Of a DNA stretch of 35,707 nt, positions 1 through 10,743 are shown piece by piece. The notes below the pieces were generated by a model, which was given only the letters and a program-made list of their open reading frames with translations, was not told the DNA's origin and did no database searches. The stretch is from contig CALMHN010000061.1 of the NCBI GenBank assembly GCA_937863745.1, positions 1 to 35,707 on the forward strand, in the 5' to 3' direction. Made by a program: the position numbers and the translations under genes. The stretch comes from an uncultured bacterium. Lineage in GTDB: Bacteria > Bacillota_I > Bacilli_A > RF39 > UBA660. Each line of letters begins with the position of its first letter. Positions within the stretch are counted from its first letter, which is position 1.

Positions 1-82
1 CGACATTCATCACCCACTTATAGAAGTGGGCGACTTCTGTCGTTGATTAGGTTAATAGAATCTCTCTCCTCATCTAATGGAA

Positions 83-1696
83 CTATTGGACAGTAAGAGT
101 AATACTAATAACTTCTATTGCGCCAGTTATTTGTAGATTAATCTGTACTTGGCATCTGTTAAGCTTTTTATCATAATCGTTTGCAAATACATTTACTTTA
201 AACCATTCAAGTGCTCTCTTGGATCTTAGTTCACCAAGGAATGCAGTCACGTTACCTTTAATCAATTCCCAAGTATATTCATCATTTAGATCAAAGATAT
301 AATACTTTAAATTCCATTCAAGCACTCTCTTAATATACAATAATGTCAGAACAACATGAATATTCTGTAAAGCACTTGGCCTAGATTGAGTAGTCCAGTT
401 ACCCCATATACAATCTCCACCATTGGACCATCTCATTATTGGATTAAGTTGATTTAACTTAAACTGATCTTTATATCCACCAACCAACTTATATCTTATA
501 TCTTTAATACCATCAACAACGCCCCTGGTCAATCCAGCAGTTGGCCACCATAAATCGTAATCTCTATCTGTTTTAGCAAATGCTTTAGCAACATGATATA
601 TTGGAGAAAACCAATAATATTTACCAGTATATGCATCATATACTTTAGTATACATTTCAAATAATGCTGCTCTATAGTTGTTATAATTATGATCAGTTGT
701 TCTAGTTTGGATAGCTGCAGCAGGAGAAGGATTATCTCCATTATCCAAGAATGCAAAACAATCTGTTCTTATATCACACAAATCCACAATGGCATCTTTT
801 ACTGCAGTTGGATATCCTGCATCAAATACTACTGAAAACATTAAACACTCAGGATCAGTCAATTCATCATTTAGATTGCCAGTAAAAGGATTTGTAAGTG
901 TACCAGTATATCCTCTTACCAGAAGTTGAGTGGCAACAGTCCAATCAAGAAATCCAGTAGTTGCATTAAAGAGATTACCATCATCACCATTTTTTAAATT
1001 AAGAAAAGTTGTAAAGGGAACAGACCAATCTTTAGTAGCGTCTATATTATCAGATACTTTAACTCTCAATAATTGAGAATATTTATCTAAAACATATTCT
1101 ACAAATAGACTTTCATTAGTATAATCTACAGCATCTTTGTCAAAGGAAATCAGGAACGATTCTGCTATAACATATTCTCCTTCAGATGTCTTCTGATAAA
1201 TATCTATATTGTAGCAACTAAACAGACCAGCATATTCTGAAGACGATGTTAATTTGATAGCAACATCATTGTACCAAGATCCTCTTCCCACTGGATAAAA
1301 TATTACATCAGCATTACCATCAGTAATCTTTGTTGATATAGCATCTACTGATGCTATATTTGTTAAAAATACTGATTCAACACTATCAGCACTAGTATTA
1401 TACTTTAATCCCAAATTAGCAAATCCAGCAGTTTCTGGTAATACTCTCATTACATAAAGATTACCAAGAATACTTAAATACTGTTTTGCTACATACCAAC
1501 CTTGTCCATATTTGGCAGGATTACCTACACCATAAGTATTAATTAGATCCTGTACTGAAGTGGTCATCCTAGGTACATTATCAGGTCCTTTTTCTGAAAA
1601 TAAACAAATAAATCCAATAGTACCTGGAAGTGGCTGCATAGTGAAAGATTCATCGACTATTGTAGTATAAACTCCTGGAAAAATATTTGTTGCCAT
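83..1696 (-). CDS. Contractile tail sheath protein (T4 gp18-like)
   Basis: 537-aa ORF with an ATG start preceded by GGGAGGAA. The N-terminus MATNIFPGVYTTIVDES is a typical sheath start. The C-terminal half (WWPTAGLTRG, LNPIMRW..GGDCIWGNWTT, ALQNIHVV) parallels T4 gp18 (WMSPAGYNRG, INPVTG..GYVLYGDKT, FDRINVRR). Confidence 0.88.
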   Translation of the reverse strand: MATNIFPGVYTTIVDESFTMQPLPGTIGFICLFSEKGPDNVPRMTTSVQDLINTYGVGNPAKYGQGWYVAKQYLSILGNLYVMRVLPETAGFANLGLKYNTSADSVESVFLTNIASVDAISTKITDGNADVIFYPVGRGSWYNDVAIKLTSSSEYAGLFSCYNIDIYQKTSEGEYVIAESFLISFDKDAVDYTNESLFVEYVLDKYSQLLRVKVSDNIDATKDWSVPFTTFLNLKNGDDGNLFNATTGFLDWTVATQLLVRGYTGTLTNPFTGNLNDELTDPECLMFSVVFDAGYPTAVKDAIVDLCDIRTDCFAFLDNGDNPSPAAAIQTRTTDHNYNNYRAALFEMYTKVYDAYTGKYYWFSPIYHVAKAFAKTDRDYDLWWPTAGLTRGVVDGIKDIRYKLVGGYKDQFKLNQLNPIMRWSNGGDCIWGNWTTQSRPSALQNIHVVLTLLYIKRVLEWNLKYYIFDLNDEYTWELIKGNVTAFLGELRSKRALEWFKVNVFANDYDKKLNRCQVQINLQITGAIEVISITLTVQ

Positions 1697-1765
1697 ATTA
1701 CATTCCTCCCAATAAAATTTTGTTTTTATTACTAAACTTTTAATTACAAATAAAATAAAAGAATA

Positions 1766-2734
1766 TTATGACAAAAAAGATATCCCACGTGCACATATTG
1801 TTTGAATATTTGGATCAGCTAATAATTTAGCATTTATAGATAAAGCATAGATATATTGTGCCATAGGCTCACTTGTTACAAAAAGCTCTCTAAATATGGG
1901 CACAGGATATCTAAAATCTACCACTTTAACTGTACTTATAAGGGAATATGATGTATCTAAAGATTTAATAGATAATACTTTAAATTCATATCTATCAAGA
2001 AATTCCTGATTAAAGATCTTTAATCTGTGATTTTGATTTCTTACACATATAATAAACTCTTTAATAAATGTATCAAACCATTCTTTATATGAGTCCAAAC
2101 TTGGTTGATCTATATCACGTTGATTCAGATATTCTAAAGTATCTTTATATATTTCATTAAATAAATAGATAACTGTATTGATTGTATTCTTATTTATTTT
2201 TGACATGCCTTGAAGCATAGGTATTTCAAAATACTCAAGAATGATATTGAGATATCTTTTATACCATAATGATGCCAACATTTTAGACATTGTAGATAAT
2301 TGGGTAAATTCATAAAGTAATTTAAAAAAGAAATTCTTATAAAATGTATCATTTGATTCATAATTAATGAGAGAACCACGTTGATGGGCATTATATGCAT
2401 GGATACCACTATATAATATTGTGGCAAGGACTTTTCCAATGTTTTCTCCCATCATTCTTTTAAGTATATCTTTCTCATTTTTTAATAATATATTTTTAGC
2501 AAGAAAGTTTTTAACACTTGTAGATATATTATCTATTGCTGTAAGTATAAAAGATTCATCATAATATATTTTATTTGTTCTCCAATCAAATATAACTCCA
2601 TTAGGTGCTCTATTGCCTCTTGGATATATTCCTCCTGAATCCATTTGGCCTATAATAACTGTACTTAAAGGAGATTCTATTAATTTGTTTTCTTCAAGTT
2701 TGAGAATAAAATTTCTAAATGTTTCTGGCGTCAT
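1766..2734 (-). CDS. Hypothetical protein; possible neck or tail-completion role from its position between terminase and sheath
   Basis: 322-aa ORF with ATG preceded by AAGGAGA, co-oriented in the late operon. I recognise no motif. Confidence 0.6.
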   Translation of the reverse strand: MTPETFRNFILKLEENKLIESPLSTVIIGQMDSGGIYPRGNRAPNGVIFDWRTNKIYYDESFILTAIDNISTSVKNFLAKNILLKNEKDILKRMMGENIGKVLATILYSGIHAYNAHQRGSLINYESNDTFYKNFFFKLLYEFTQLSTMSKMLASLWYKRYLNIILEYFEIPMLQGMSKINKNTINTVIYLFNEIYKDTLEYLNQRDIDQPSLDSYKEWFDTFIKEFIICVRNQNHRLKIFNQEFLDRYEFKVLSIKSLDTSYSLISTVKVVDFRYPVPIFRELFVTSEPMAQYIYALSINAKLLADPNIQTICARGISFLS

Positions 2735-2756
2735 TTACTTTAATCTCCTTATGATC

Positions 2757-3764
2757 TCATATAGTTATATTACTGAATATTGATGATAAAATAGGATATA
2801 TCTCATTTACATAATGTGCAAAATCTATTCTATTATGCATATCATTATATGATGATAGATCAATATCATCACTGTTGATTATAGCTGTCATGTTCTTTAA
2901 CTTTAATTTTATGCTTGAGCCATCTGTAGTTTTATAAGCAAAATCTAATAATGAATCAGTATTATTAAATAAGAAAGTATCAATAATATAATCCATATCA
3001 CGTTCAGATGTAGCTAAACACAATCTGGATATTAGACTATAGAATATATTGGGGCTTAAAGAATCAAATCCTTTAAATGTAACCTGATTATTTTTGTTTA
3101 TTACACCAATCATATACTTTTGTTTAAAGAGTATCCATTTATAAACAGTTATTGATAATTGACCATATATATCATAGATATCATTTAATATTTTCATTTT
3201 ATATGGTTTTATATATGCTCCATCTACTTCACTTTTAATGATGTTCCCAATACGTTCAGCAACATACAATACATCATCATAAACCATATATCTTAGTTTA
3301 TATAATGTATCAATACCCATACAATGAATAATAATGTTTGTTAGAAAATAATTATATAAAAATTTCTTTGCTCTTTTGGGAAGATAACTTGAGGATGCTA
3401 AAATAGTACACATCTTAGTATAAAGAGCTAATGCATCTGCATCTAATACTTGTTCAGCATACGTTGTAAATGCTCTTTGCATATCTATCTTTATAATATT
3501 AGATGTAAATAATTCTTGTTTTGGATATATGTACTTTATAATAAATTCATCATTAGGTTTAGATGGTGTTGTTCTTTTAGAATATGGTTTTAATTCTTTC
3601 CAAAATAAATTAATTATATTATTATAATTGGTTAAAATATTATTTAATACATCATATGAAACAATCCAATCATAATAATGCTTTACATCATAAAGCAAAG
3701 TCTTTTCACAAACAATATATTTCATACCACATATATCTTTTAAAAAATGATAAAGGTTATACAA
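2757..3764 (-). CDS. Hypothetical protein, structural-module context
   Basis: 335-aa ORF with a TTG start 10 nt after AAGGGAGA. The nearby ATG is out of frame. I recognise no motif. Confidence 0.55.
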   Translation of the reverse strand: MYNLYHFLKDICGMKYIVCEKTLLYDVKHYYDWIVSYDVLNNILTNYNNIINLFWKELKPYSKRTTPSKPNDEFIIKYIYPKQELFTSNIIKIDMQRAFTTYAEQVLDADALALYTKMCTILASSSYLPKRAKKFLYNYFLTNIIIHCMGIDTLYKLRYMVYDDVLYVAERIGNIIKSEVDGAYIKPYKMKILNDIYDIYGQLSITVYKWILFKQKYMIGVINKNNQVTFKGFDSLSPNIFYSLISRLCLATSERDMDYIIDTFLFNNTDSLLDFAYKTTDGSSIKLKLKNMTAIINSDDIDLSSYNDMHNRIDFAHYVNEIYPILSSIFSNITI

Positions 3765-3786
3765 TAATGATCATCTCCCTTACTCT

Positions 3787-5475
3787 TTAAACAATATATC
3801 TGGCAATATCATCTTCTTCATCATTATTGTTCATAGATTTGTTCTTGTTGCCTTTTAATAAATTATACTCTGCTATAGACTTAACTAACTCTGATTTAGT
3901 ATCAGACAAAACATAGAAATCATCATTGTTAATTTGTATATTTGAGCTTCCAACTACATTTACAGTATCAAATATATCTACACCACTATTCTCAAAGTCT
4001 AGTATATCAAAATACTTTGTCAAGTTCAAATGATTTGTTACCAAGAAACACATTCCTATAGCAAATACTAAGTCATCATTTGGCTCTCCTTCTATTCGTC
4101 CTGATGATTTTCTGATAAGTGATGTTGCTTGTAATCTTAGATTTTTAGATTTAACAAGATTATCATGTCTTGTGAATAATTCATATATCTGTTCCATTAA
4201 TAAAGGTCTAGTAACTGCAGACATTGTTATACCATATTTATCTTTATTTCTGCTCAATTCATCTCGTATTATATATTTTTCATATTTTACTTTTAGCATT
4301 TCTATTGTTTGATTTCCAACTGCATTGGATTCTATTACTAATAATTTATTTTTTAATCTATCTACTATAGCTGGGATATATTGGTCACAGAATTTAATAA
4401 CTTGACATTTAAACATACCTTCAGCTACCTGTTCTCCTGTATCATAATTAATGACCTCTACTGCAGAATAATCTGTACCACTGGAAGTAGCAGTATCTAT
4501 ACCTATTATATATCTCTTATTATCATCTGGCTCCTCAAACCAGTAAATGTATCCATCAGGCATTGTTGAAGTTGATATTGGTGGATAAGAAAGCGATTCA
4601 TCTTGCAATCTTTTAATAATATCATCTGGAAATATAGAATCTGTGCTACCTAAAAATAACAGTTCATATTCCTGATTCATTGTTTTCTCATCATAGTTGT
4701 TTAAGGCTTTTTGCTTCTCATACCAAGCATTATCATATACAGGTATTTCAGACCAATGAATCTTAACTGGAATATATGCTGATCTCTCTGGATCAGTAAT
4801 GCTTTCCATCCACATCTTATAAAACTTTTCACCTTTACCAGTTCTTCCATTTGGAGTAGAAGATAAAACTACACCATAAGGTATGTTATTTTCTCTAGCT
4901 ACTTTAAACGTATATCCAGCTGCATTTAAAATAGCCTTTAAATGGTCCTCCAAATGTATAAAAGCAGCCTCATCTATCCATATAAATGTAGGTCTCAAAC
5001 CTCTACCTTTAGATGAGTTAATATCTCTAGTCTTATTACTGGCTTGTAAAATCAAAGATGAGCCATTTGACAATTTAAACTCTTCAGCTTTATTAATAGT
5101 ATATGATGGCCTCATCCAATCAGGTAATCTATTTATGATATCTTTAACTTCTTGTAAAGTTTCTCTACCCTGTTTTAGATCTCTTGTCATAAAGAGCACA
5201 TCATAATTATCATTAAATATCATTAAATATGCTATAACTGCTTCATTCATTACAGTTTTACCACATTGTCTGGATGCAAGCAAAAGAATACCATCTTTCT
5301 CTTTTTTAGTCCAAATTTCTTTTAGAGCATTGATATATTTCATCTGACTGGGATATAGATTCAAATTGACTGTTGTGCCCAACCCAGGAACAGGTATCAA
5401 TACATAATTCTTAAAGAAGTATGTTATATCATATAAACATTTAAAGAATTCTTTAGCTTGCTCTTCAGCTTTCAA
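3787..5475 (-). CDS. Terminase large subunit (T4 gp17-like)
   Basis: Walker A is ASRQCGKT and Walker B is FIWIDEAAF. Coupling motif SSTPNG and nuclease-domain motifs IIGIDTA..GTDYSA and NDDLVFAIGMCF are present. The stretch KLSNGSSLILQAS...FIWIDEAAFI parallels T4 gp17 ELDNGSSIGAYAS...MIYIDECAFI. The start is TTG, 7 nt after AAGGGAG. Confidence 0.92.
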   Translation of the reverse strand: MKAEEQAKEFFKCLYDITYFFKNYVLIPVPGLGTTVNLNLYPSQMKYINALKEIWTKKEKDGILLLASRQCGKTVMNEAVIAYLMIFNDNYDVLFMTRDLKQGRETLQEVKDIINRLPDWMRPSYTINKAEEFKLSNGSSLILQASNKTRDINSSKGRGLRPTFIWIDEAAFIHLEDHLKAILNAAGYTFKVARENNIPYGVVLSSTPNGRTGKGEKFYKMWMESITDPERSAYIPVKIHWSEIPVYDNAWYEKQKALNNYDEKTMNQEYELLFLGSTDSIFPDDIIKRLQDESLSYPPISTSTMPDGYIYWFEEPDDNKRYIIGIDTATSSGTDYSAVEVINYDTGEQVAEGMFKCQVIKFCDQYIPAIVDRLKNKLLVIESNAVGNQTIEMLKVKYEKYIIRDELSRNKDKYGITMSAVTRPLLMEQIYELFTRHDNLVKSKNLRLQATSLIRKSSGRIEGEPNDDLVFAIGMCFLVTNHLNLTKYFDILDFENSGVDIFDTVNVVGSSNIQINNDDFYVLSDTKSELVKSIAEYNLLKGNKNKSMNNNDEEDDIARYIV

Positions 5476-5492
5476 ATTGATTCTCCCTTTAT

Positions 5493-6722
5493 CTATCCAG
5501 CATATGCATCATGAGTAGATACTGCATTTAACATTACATTTATAGTACCTTGTGCCTTTTTAACCTTAGTTCGTTTGATATTAAATTGAATACCTGATAT
5601 AAAAAATGTTATTTCGCTTCCTATTTTATAGTTTATATGCTTATATTTCAATACAACTTTTCTACCTATATACCAGTGTGGAAATCTAAATGGTTGGGAA
5701 ATACGAACAGATATAGGTTTAACAGTATTCAATATTATAGATGCTATACTTTCTCTTAAAGAATATTCATTACTCTGATCTAGATATATTTTAGTATTGG
5801 GTTGTACTATCTTGTCCAAATAATTTTCAAATGAATCAACACTATCTACAAACTTCATAGAACGTATTAAACTCATTACATCTATTTCACTTTCTTTATA
5901 CAGACCAGTATCACTTTTCTTACATAGTGTTATTTTCTTTGGAATGAGTGCAGCAATACTACTAAAAGCATTTGTTAATTGAGGAAGATTTGGTAAAAAA
6001 TACTGTCCATCATCTATCCTTATTTTATCTTGTTCTTCTTGTGGTAAATCACCATACAATTCTAAAGCTTTATCTGATGTTGCTTCATTTAAGGATTTAA
6101 TATATGCTACATTATCATGCAAATTAGTATAAATGATAGGGGGAATATTGAACATCCCATATCGTTGAGATATATATGCTAAATTGATAAAGAACTTATT
6201 ATTTGGTATCCATATCTGTTCATATTTTTCAGAATTATCTAATTTGGATACATTTAATCTTAATTTTCCATGATTTGTTTTTGCCCATAAACTATTAATG
6301 ACATCTACAACTTTAACATTCTCATAAAGACCACCAACAACAGTATTAACACCAGTATATGCATCTTTAGCAACATATTCATGTCTGACATTTATTATAT
6401 CTGGTCTAGAAGATAAATCTGCTTCTCTATGTATATCAATCACAGCTTGACCAAAACTCAACCATTCACTATCTATTAAAGTTCTTTCTGTTTCACCCAT
6501 ATTCTTTTCAACAATAATAATATGAACAGTATAAGGCATAAGGAGTAAATTTCTATATCTATTATCAATTCTAAAGTTCATTTTCATACGTGGTACTAAT
6601 TTATGATTCTGCATGATAAATGCAACTTCAAGAATTTCTTCTTGCAAAACAAGAGAAGTCTTAGTAAATTTAAACTCTGCCTTTATATCAAATGCACTTT
6701 GCTTAACATCTGCATCAGGCAT
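5493..6722 (-). CDS. Hypothetical protein, structural-module context
   Basis: 409-aa ORF whose ATG lies 1 nt after the upstream stop, suggesting translational coupling. I recognise no motif. Confidence 0.6.
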   Translation of the reverse strand: MPDADVKQSAFDIKAEFKFTKTSLVLQEEILEVAFIMQNHKLVPRMKMNFRIDNRYRNLLLMPYTVHIIIVEKNMGETERTLIDSEWLSFGQAVIDIHREADLSSRPDIINVRHEYVAKDAYTGVNTVVGGLYENVKVVDVINSLWAKTNHGKLRLNVSKLDNSEKYEQIWIPNNKFFINLAYISQRYGMFNIPPIIYTNLHDNVAYIKSLNEATSDKALELYGDLPQEEQDKIRIDDGQYFLPNLPQLTNAFSSIAALIPKKITLCKKSDTGLYKESEIDVMSLIRSMKFVDSVDSFENYLDKIVQPNTKIYLDQSNEYSLRESIASIILNTVKPISVRISQPFRFPHWYIGRKVVLKYKHINYKIGSEITFFISGIQFNIKRTKVKKAQGTINVMLNAVSTHDAYAG

Positions 6723-6723
6723 G

Positions 6724-7710
6724 TTATATCATCTCTATCTCTTTGTTGTCTGATGATTGTAATAATGATTTCAACTGTGTTAATATAGCATTCTTAGCAA
6801 CTCTAATTGCACTTGGATTGATGCTTCCTATTCTTGTGTAGAATATATCTGAAGCGATATTAACAGTATTCATCATAGCTACTAATTCAAAGCCAGATGA
6901 TACACATATAGTACATGTTGCACCAAACATACGTGTGATTCTATTTCTGAAATCATCAACAGTAATATTTGGCATTATATTATATTCAGTTAATATTCTA
7001 AATATATCATTCCAACTTGAAACATCATCACTTGGTAGCTTTTCTGTTTTAATATTAAATCTAATCTTAGAATTCTCTTCTTTGGAGAAGAATCTTCTCA
7101 ATGCACCAAATGCAATTGCTTTTTCATTACCCTGAAAATCAAAATAATGTGAACATATTAACCTAGCTATAAGATAAAAAACAGTACCAAGTTCCTGATC
7201 TGAAGTCTTTAAAATATCAAAATCTCTTATATAACATCTCATTAGAAGAGAATAACAGAATGCACACGCTGCAAAATACAATGAATTTAATACTGTTTCA
7301 TTATCAATATCATACAATATTAACTTTGTTAAACCATATAATATGCATGATGCAAAATTGTTATAGTCTTGGACTATAATTTTATTTTTAGTCATATCTA
7401 AACGAGCAGAGCACACATCTATATTCAATACAATACCTTTAGATGTTGCATCTGTTACGTATATCAATGCTGGTAATAAGCTAATTGCTTGAGGAAAAAC
7501 AGATAATGATATATTGTTCAGAGTTAATTGCTTGATATATTCAGTATATGATGCTGAAAGTGCACTGGCTAATATATTATTAACTCTATCAATACCATCA
7601 AAGGGTCTATGTGGTTCTTCTAAATTAATTCTCCTATCTGGTGGGTTTCTCAATATTGGTATTGTTATATTAAATATATCTGATGGTGTATTAGTCAATC
7701 CTTTAAACAT
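6724..7710 (-). CDS. Hypothetical protein, structural-module context
   Basis: 328-aa ORF with ATG 7 nt after AAAGGGTGA. Confidence 0.6.
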   Translation of the reverse strand: MFKGLTNTPSDIFNITIPILRNPPDRRINLEEPHRPFDGIDRVNNILASALSASYTEYIKQLTLNNISLSVFPQAISLLPALIYVTDATSKGIVLNIDVCSARLDMTKNKIIVQDYNNFASCILYGLTKLILYDIDNETVLNSLYFAACAFCYSLLMRCYIRDFDILKTSDQELGTVFYLIARLICSHYFDFQGNEKAIAFGALRRFFSKEENSKIRFNIKTEKLPSDDVSSWNDIFRILTEYNIMPNITVDDFRNRITRMFGATCTICVSSGFELVAMMNTVNIASDIFYTRIGSINPSAIRVAKNAILTQLKSLLQSSDNKEIEMI

Positions 7711-7730
7711 AATTATTTCACCCTTTAATT

Positions 7731-8393
7731 TTACTTCTTAATATATTTGCTTAATATATAAACATATTGTGTGAGTTTATCCAAACCAATTTCATCTACT
7801 AACTTCTTAAACGCAGGCGTATTCTGAATATCTGTAAAGTCAAAATTGGGAATTTTAATATTAAGCCAATTGTCTATAGATGTTTCTGGATCTTTACCAT
7901 TCTTTATGTATTCTTCATATATTTCTATAAACTCTTCAGGTGATGTTATTTCCTTAGCAGTATACGAATTAGATTGTTTTTTAGATATTAATATATCCTT
8001 TATTTGTTCATTTGATAATAACTTAATGTTAGGATAATAATCTGATCTGAAGTTAGCATTAGTAGCTATTTTATTAAGTAAAAGAACTAAAATAAAGAAA
8101 GTAGTATTGTTATATTCATCATATGCTAATACTGGTGATTTATAATCCATATCAGGAGACATATTATATTGTTTTGTAGTCTCTACCACTTGATCTATCT
8201 TATCCAATAAAAAAGAAATAGATATATCTGGAACATTCAAATATGTTAGAGAATCTCCAACATATACATACTTGTATTCTTCGACTGATTTACCAGTAGC
8301 CTCTATAGTTAATTTTTCTATAACCTTACCAATTCTAAAATCACTTTCTTCTTTAACATGCTCTCTTATATCAGGAGATGTCCACATATACAA
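7731..8393 (-). CDS. Hypothetical protein
   Basis: 220-aa ORF. The start is either TTG at 8393 or the ATG two codons downstream at 8387. It is co-oriented in the operon. Confidence 0.55.
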   Translation of the reverse strand: MYMWTSPDIREHVKEESDFRIGKVIEKLTIEATGKSVEEYKYVYVGDSLTYLNVPDISISFLLDKIDQVVETTKQYNMSPDMDYKSPVLAYDEYNNTTFFILVLLLNKIATNANFRSDYYPNIKLLSNEQIKDILISKKQSNSYTAKEITSPEEFIEIYEEYIKNGKDPETSIDNWLNIKIPNFDFTDIQNTPAFKKLVDEIGLDKLTQYVYILSKYIKK

Positions 8394-8400
8394 TCATTCC

Positions 8401-10116
8401 TTATGATGGTATAAACATAACTCTGACTTGATTGGCTGATTTATTAATATTAATAATTCGACCAACTATTTGATCAGCGTATTGTTTTCGTTCTGTCTTA
8501 CTAATAACTTTTCCATAACCATTATCATCAGGTATAATATAATCTCCAATTTGAGCATCTTCAACATTTACTACATCCACCCATACATATCCAGCAGAAC
8601 ATATTGGAAGTTTTTTACCAGATTTAATTTCTTCTTCACTACCACCAGCTAGATAAGCATAGGAATCTGAAACTATACCTATTACAGATGAAGATCCTTT
8701 GCTAGCTAATGCTACAGTATCATTGTCTACTATCGATACTATTTTATTTTTTGCAGTTTCATATGAGAGGCCATCTTCAGGTATCAAGCAATCAGCAAAG
8801 TCATTATATACTGCATTATATACTCTTGTAGCATAAAAGTATCCATCTAAATTCAATCTATAAGCTGCAGTTGGTGCTGTAGATCCAGCATATAAATAAC
8901 CTTCAGCTTTAGTAGTGCCTGATATCTTCAGAGTACCAGTCATTACATCTCCAGCTTTTTTAACATATGTATTGGTAGATTCTGTTTTTGTAGCAAAGGT
9001 TGTATTAGCATATGTTCGAAGATCATTAATTCCAGTATCAACATATCGTTTTGTAGCAGCATGCAATAAGTTGGTTGGATCTGCATGGAGAGTAAGGTAA
9101 CCAGTCATGGAATCTCCAACTTTTTTAACATAAACCCCAGTTGCTTGAGTTTGTGTAACAAAATTAGTATCCACATAATTTTTTAGATTATTTACACTGG
9201 TATCAACAAAACCTTTTGTAGCTGCATGCATCGTATTGATTGGATGATCATAAAGTGTTAAAAATCCTGTCATTGTAGTACCAAGTTTAGGCACATAATC
9301 AGCAACTAATCTATTATCTATTTCTTGAGCAGCATAGTCTACATATCCTTTTGTTGCTGCTTGTTTACTACCCAAAGGATCTCTAATAGTTGATGGGTGT
9401 GCACTTAGAGTTAATACACCTGTCATAGTGTCTCCAGATTTCTTAACAAATCTATCATCATGTTGAGAATCATGATTAGCTATTACTGTATCTACATATG
9501 TTTTATTTGCTGCTTGATTTGGTTCAGTTGGAGTAACAACATAGACTACTGTATCTTCATTAATAACACCACCATATATAGGTGTAAAGCTTCCAGTTAA
9601 CCATTTGGGTAGATAAGCAGGATCTGCTCTTAAATCTTTAAAATTATCTTCATTAGCAATCCAAGTATTGAATGCTGATTCACTTGGTAAAGTTAGCCAG
9701 TTACCAGTTTTAAGATAAAACAATTTTAAATGTTTCGTCTCATTGTATGTTTCTACTGGAATAGTCTTAATAGAAGCAATTGCTAGTGGTTGTATTTTTC
9801 TATATTCGTATTCAACAACTATAAAATATTCTTTTTGATTTATTGGGCCTGCATTAGGATCTAATACTACTATGGTAGATGGTTGTTTAAATTCAATACA
9901 CACATAATTCATAACCACGATACCACTAGTCAATTGCATAACTATCTTTTGTTGTGCTGAATCATATATAAATGTATGATCTAATCCATCGATATATATA
10001 TTTTGCCTCCCAAGTATTTTTAATAATTTATTATGATTGTCAGAAAATACTGGTGAAAAAGGATCTATATTTCTTTCCTGAATAGCATCCCATTGAGTTG
10101 TAAGCACATAAGGCAT
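8401..10116 (-). CDS. Tail fibre protein with tandem fibre repeats
   Basis: There are 3.5 tandem repeats of about 50 aa of the form VKK.GD.MTG.LTL...P....AATKGYVD. Recurrences include ANKTYVD, AATKGYVD, AATKGFVD and AATKRYVD, a classic phage fibre repeat. A strong GAGGAGG SD precedes the start. Confidence 0.85.
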   Translation of the reverse strand: MPYVLTTQWDAIQERNIDPFSPVFSDNHNKLLKILGRQNIYIDGLDHTFIYDSAQQKIVMQLTSGIVVMNYVCIEFKQPSTIVVLDPNAGPINQKEYFIVVEYEYRKIQPLAIASIKTIPVETYNETKHLKLFYLKTGNWLTLPSESAFNTWIANEDNFKDLRADPAYLPKWLTGSFTPIYGGVINEDTVVYVVTPTEPNQAANKTYVDTVIANHDSQHDDRFVKKSGDTMTGVLTLSAHPSTIRDPLGSKQAATKGYVDYAAQEIDNRLVADYVPKLGTTMTGFLTLYDHPINTMHAATKGFVDTSVNNLKNYVDTNFVTQTQATGVYVKKVGDSMTGYLTLHADPTNLLHAATKRYVDTGINDLRTYANTTFATKTESTNTYVKKAGDVMTGTLKISGTTKAEGYLYAGSTAPTAAYRLNLDGYFYATRVYNAVYNDFADCLIPEDGLSYETAKNKIVSIVDNDTVALASKGSSSVIGIVSDSYAYLAGGSEEEIKSGKKLPICSAGYVWVDVVNVEDAQIGDYIIPDDNGYGKVISKTERKQYADQIVGRIININKSANQVRVMFIPS

Positions 10117-10134
10117 TATAATAACCTCCTCTAT

Positions 10135-10707
10135 TTAAAACACAAAAAACCATTCAATAATTATCTTATCCATATTAGATTTAGGAATAGAAGGAAATGT
10201 TACATGAGATAACATAACAAAATTGATTTCATTGTGATCTTCTGATGGAGCAGCATATAATCCAGCTTCATTTATGTATGTATCTATACAATCATTATAG
10301 TCAATAGTCATAGAAAATTTAGCAGTAAGATAAGCAGAGTATGATATACTGTCTATTAATTTTTTATTTTTAGTTGGATTATATAATGGTCCTCCTAAAT
10401 CATTAAATGGTAATATATTATAAAGCTCAGCATCATTATCAGTTGGCCAAGTTGGCTGAAAGGGGGCATCTATTGTGGCTGCACCATTACCTACAGAAAA
10501 CCATCGTGGAACCCATTCGTTCTTAGCATTTGTATCACTATAAGGCAAATCAAATAGTCGCTGCATGATATAATTTCTACCAGTTAATACAATTTTGTTG
10601 TTCTTATCAACTACAATATCATTGTTTTTATAGATCTTTACTCTACCCTCAAATGAATATTTATCCTTATATTTAATATTATCATATAACTTAAGATGCT
10701 TGTCCAT
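10135..10707 (-). CDS. Hypothetical baseplate- or fibre-associated protein
   Basis: 190-aa ORF with an AAGGAGGAAA SD, lying between a large wedge-like protein and the tail fibre. The call rests on context only. Confidence 0.55.
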   Translation of the reverse strand: MDKHLKLYDNIKYKDKYSFEGRVKIYKNNDIVVDKNNKIVLTGRNYIMQRLFDLPYSDTNAKNEWVPRWFSVGNGAATIDAPFQPTWPTDNDAELYNILPFNDLGGPLYNPTKNKKLIDSISYSAYLTAKFSMTIDYNDCIDTYINEAGLYAAPSEDHNEINFVMLSHVTFPSIPKSNMDKIIIEWFFVF

Positions 10708-10743
10708 ATTATATTCATTTCCTCCTTTATTTATACACTCTAT

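Noticed and set aside
13-30. 7-bp hairpin (CCCACTT-ATAG-AAGTGGG) downstream of the sheath gene at the window edge
   Set aside because: The stem is short and no U-tract follows on the minus strand. An ATG at 8-10 (minus) may start the next gene, possibly the tail tube. The window ends there, so I cannot support either a terminator or a CDS call.
4381-5206. Plus-strand ORFs at 4381-4569 and 4883-5206 inside the terminase gene
   Set aside because: They are antisense to a gene with full gp17-type motifs, so they are shadow ORFs. The same reasoning covers other short antisense ORFs in the track. Those are 529-756, 2194-2439, 6603-6788, 6935-7135, 7514-7741, 7846-8037, 8470-8652, 8915-9100, 12443-12643, 14398-14604, 19169-19351, 20968-21204, 22811-23065, 24521-25000, 29520-29753, 31497-31688 and 32682-32897.
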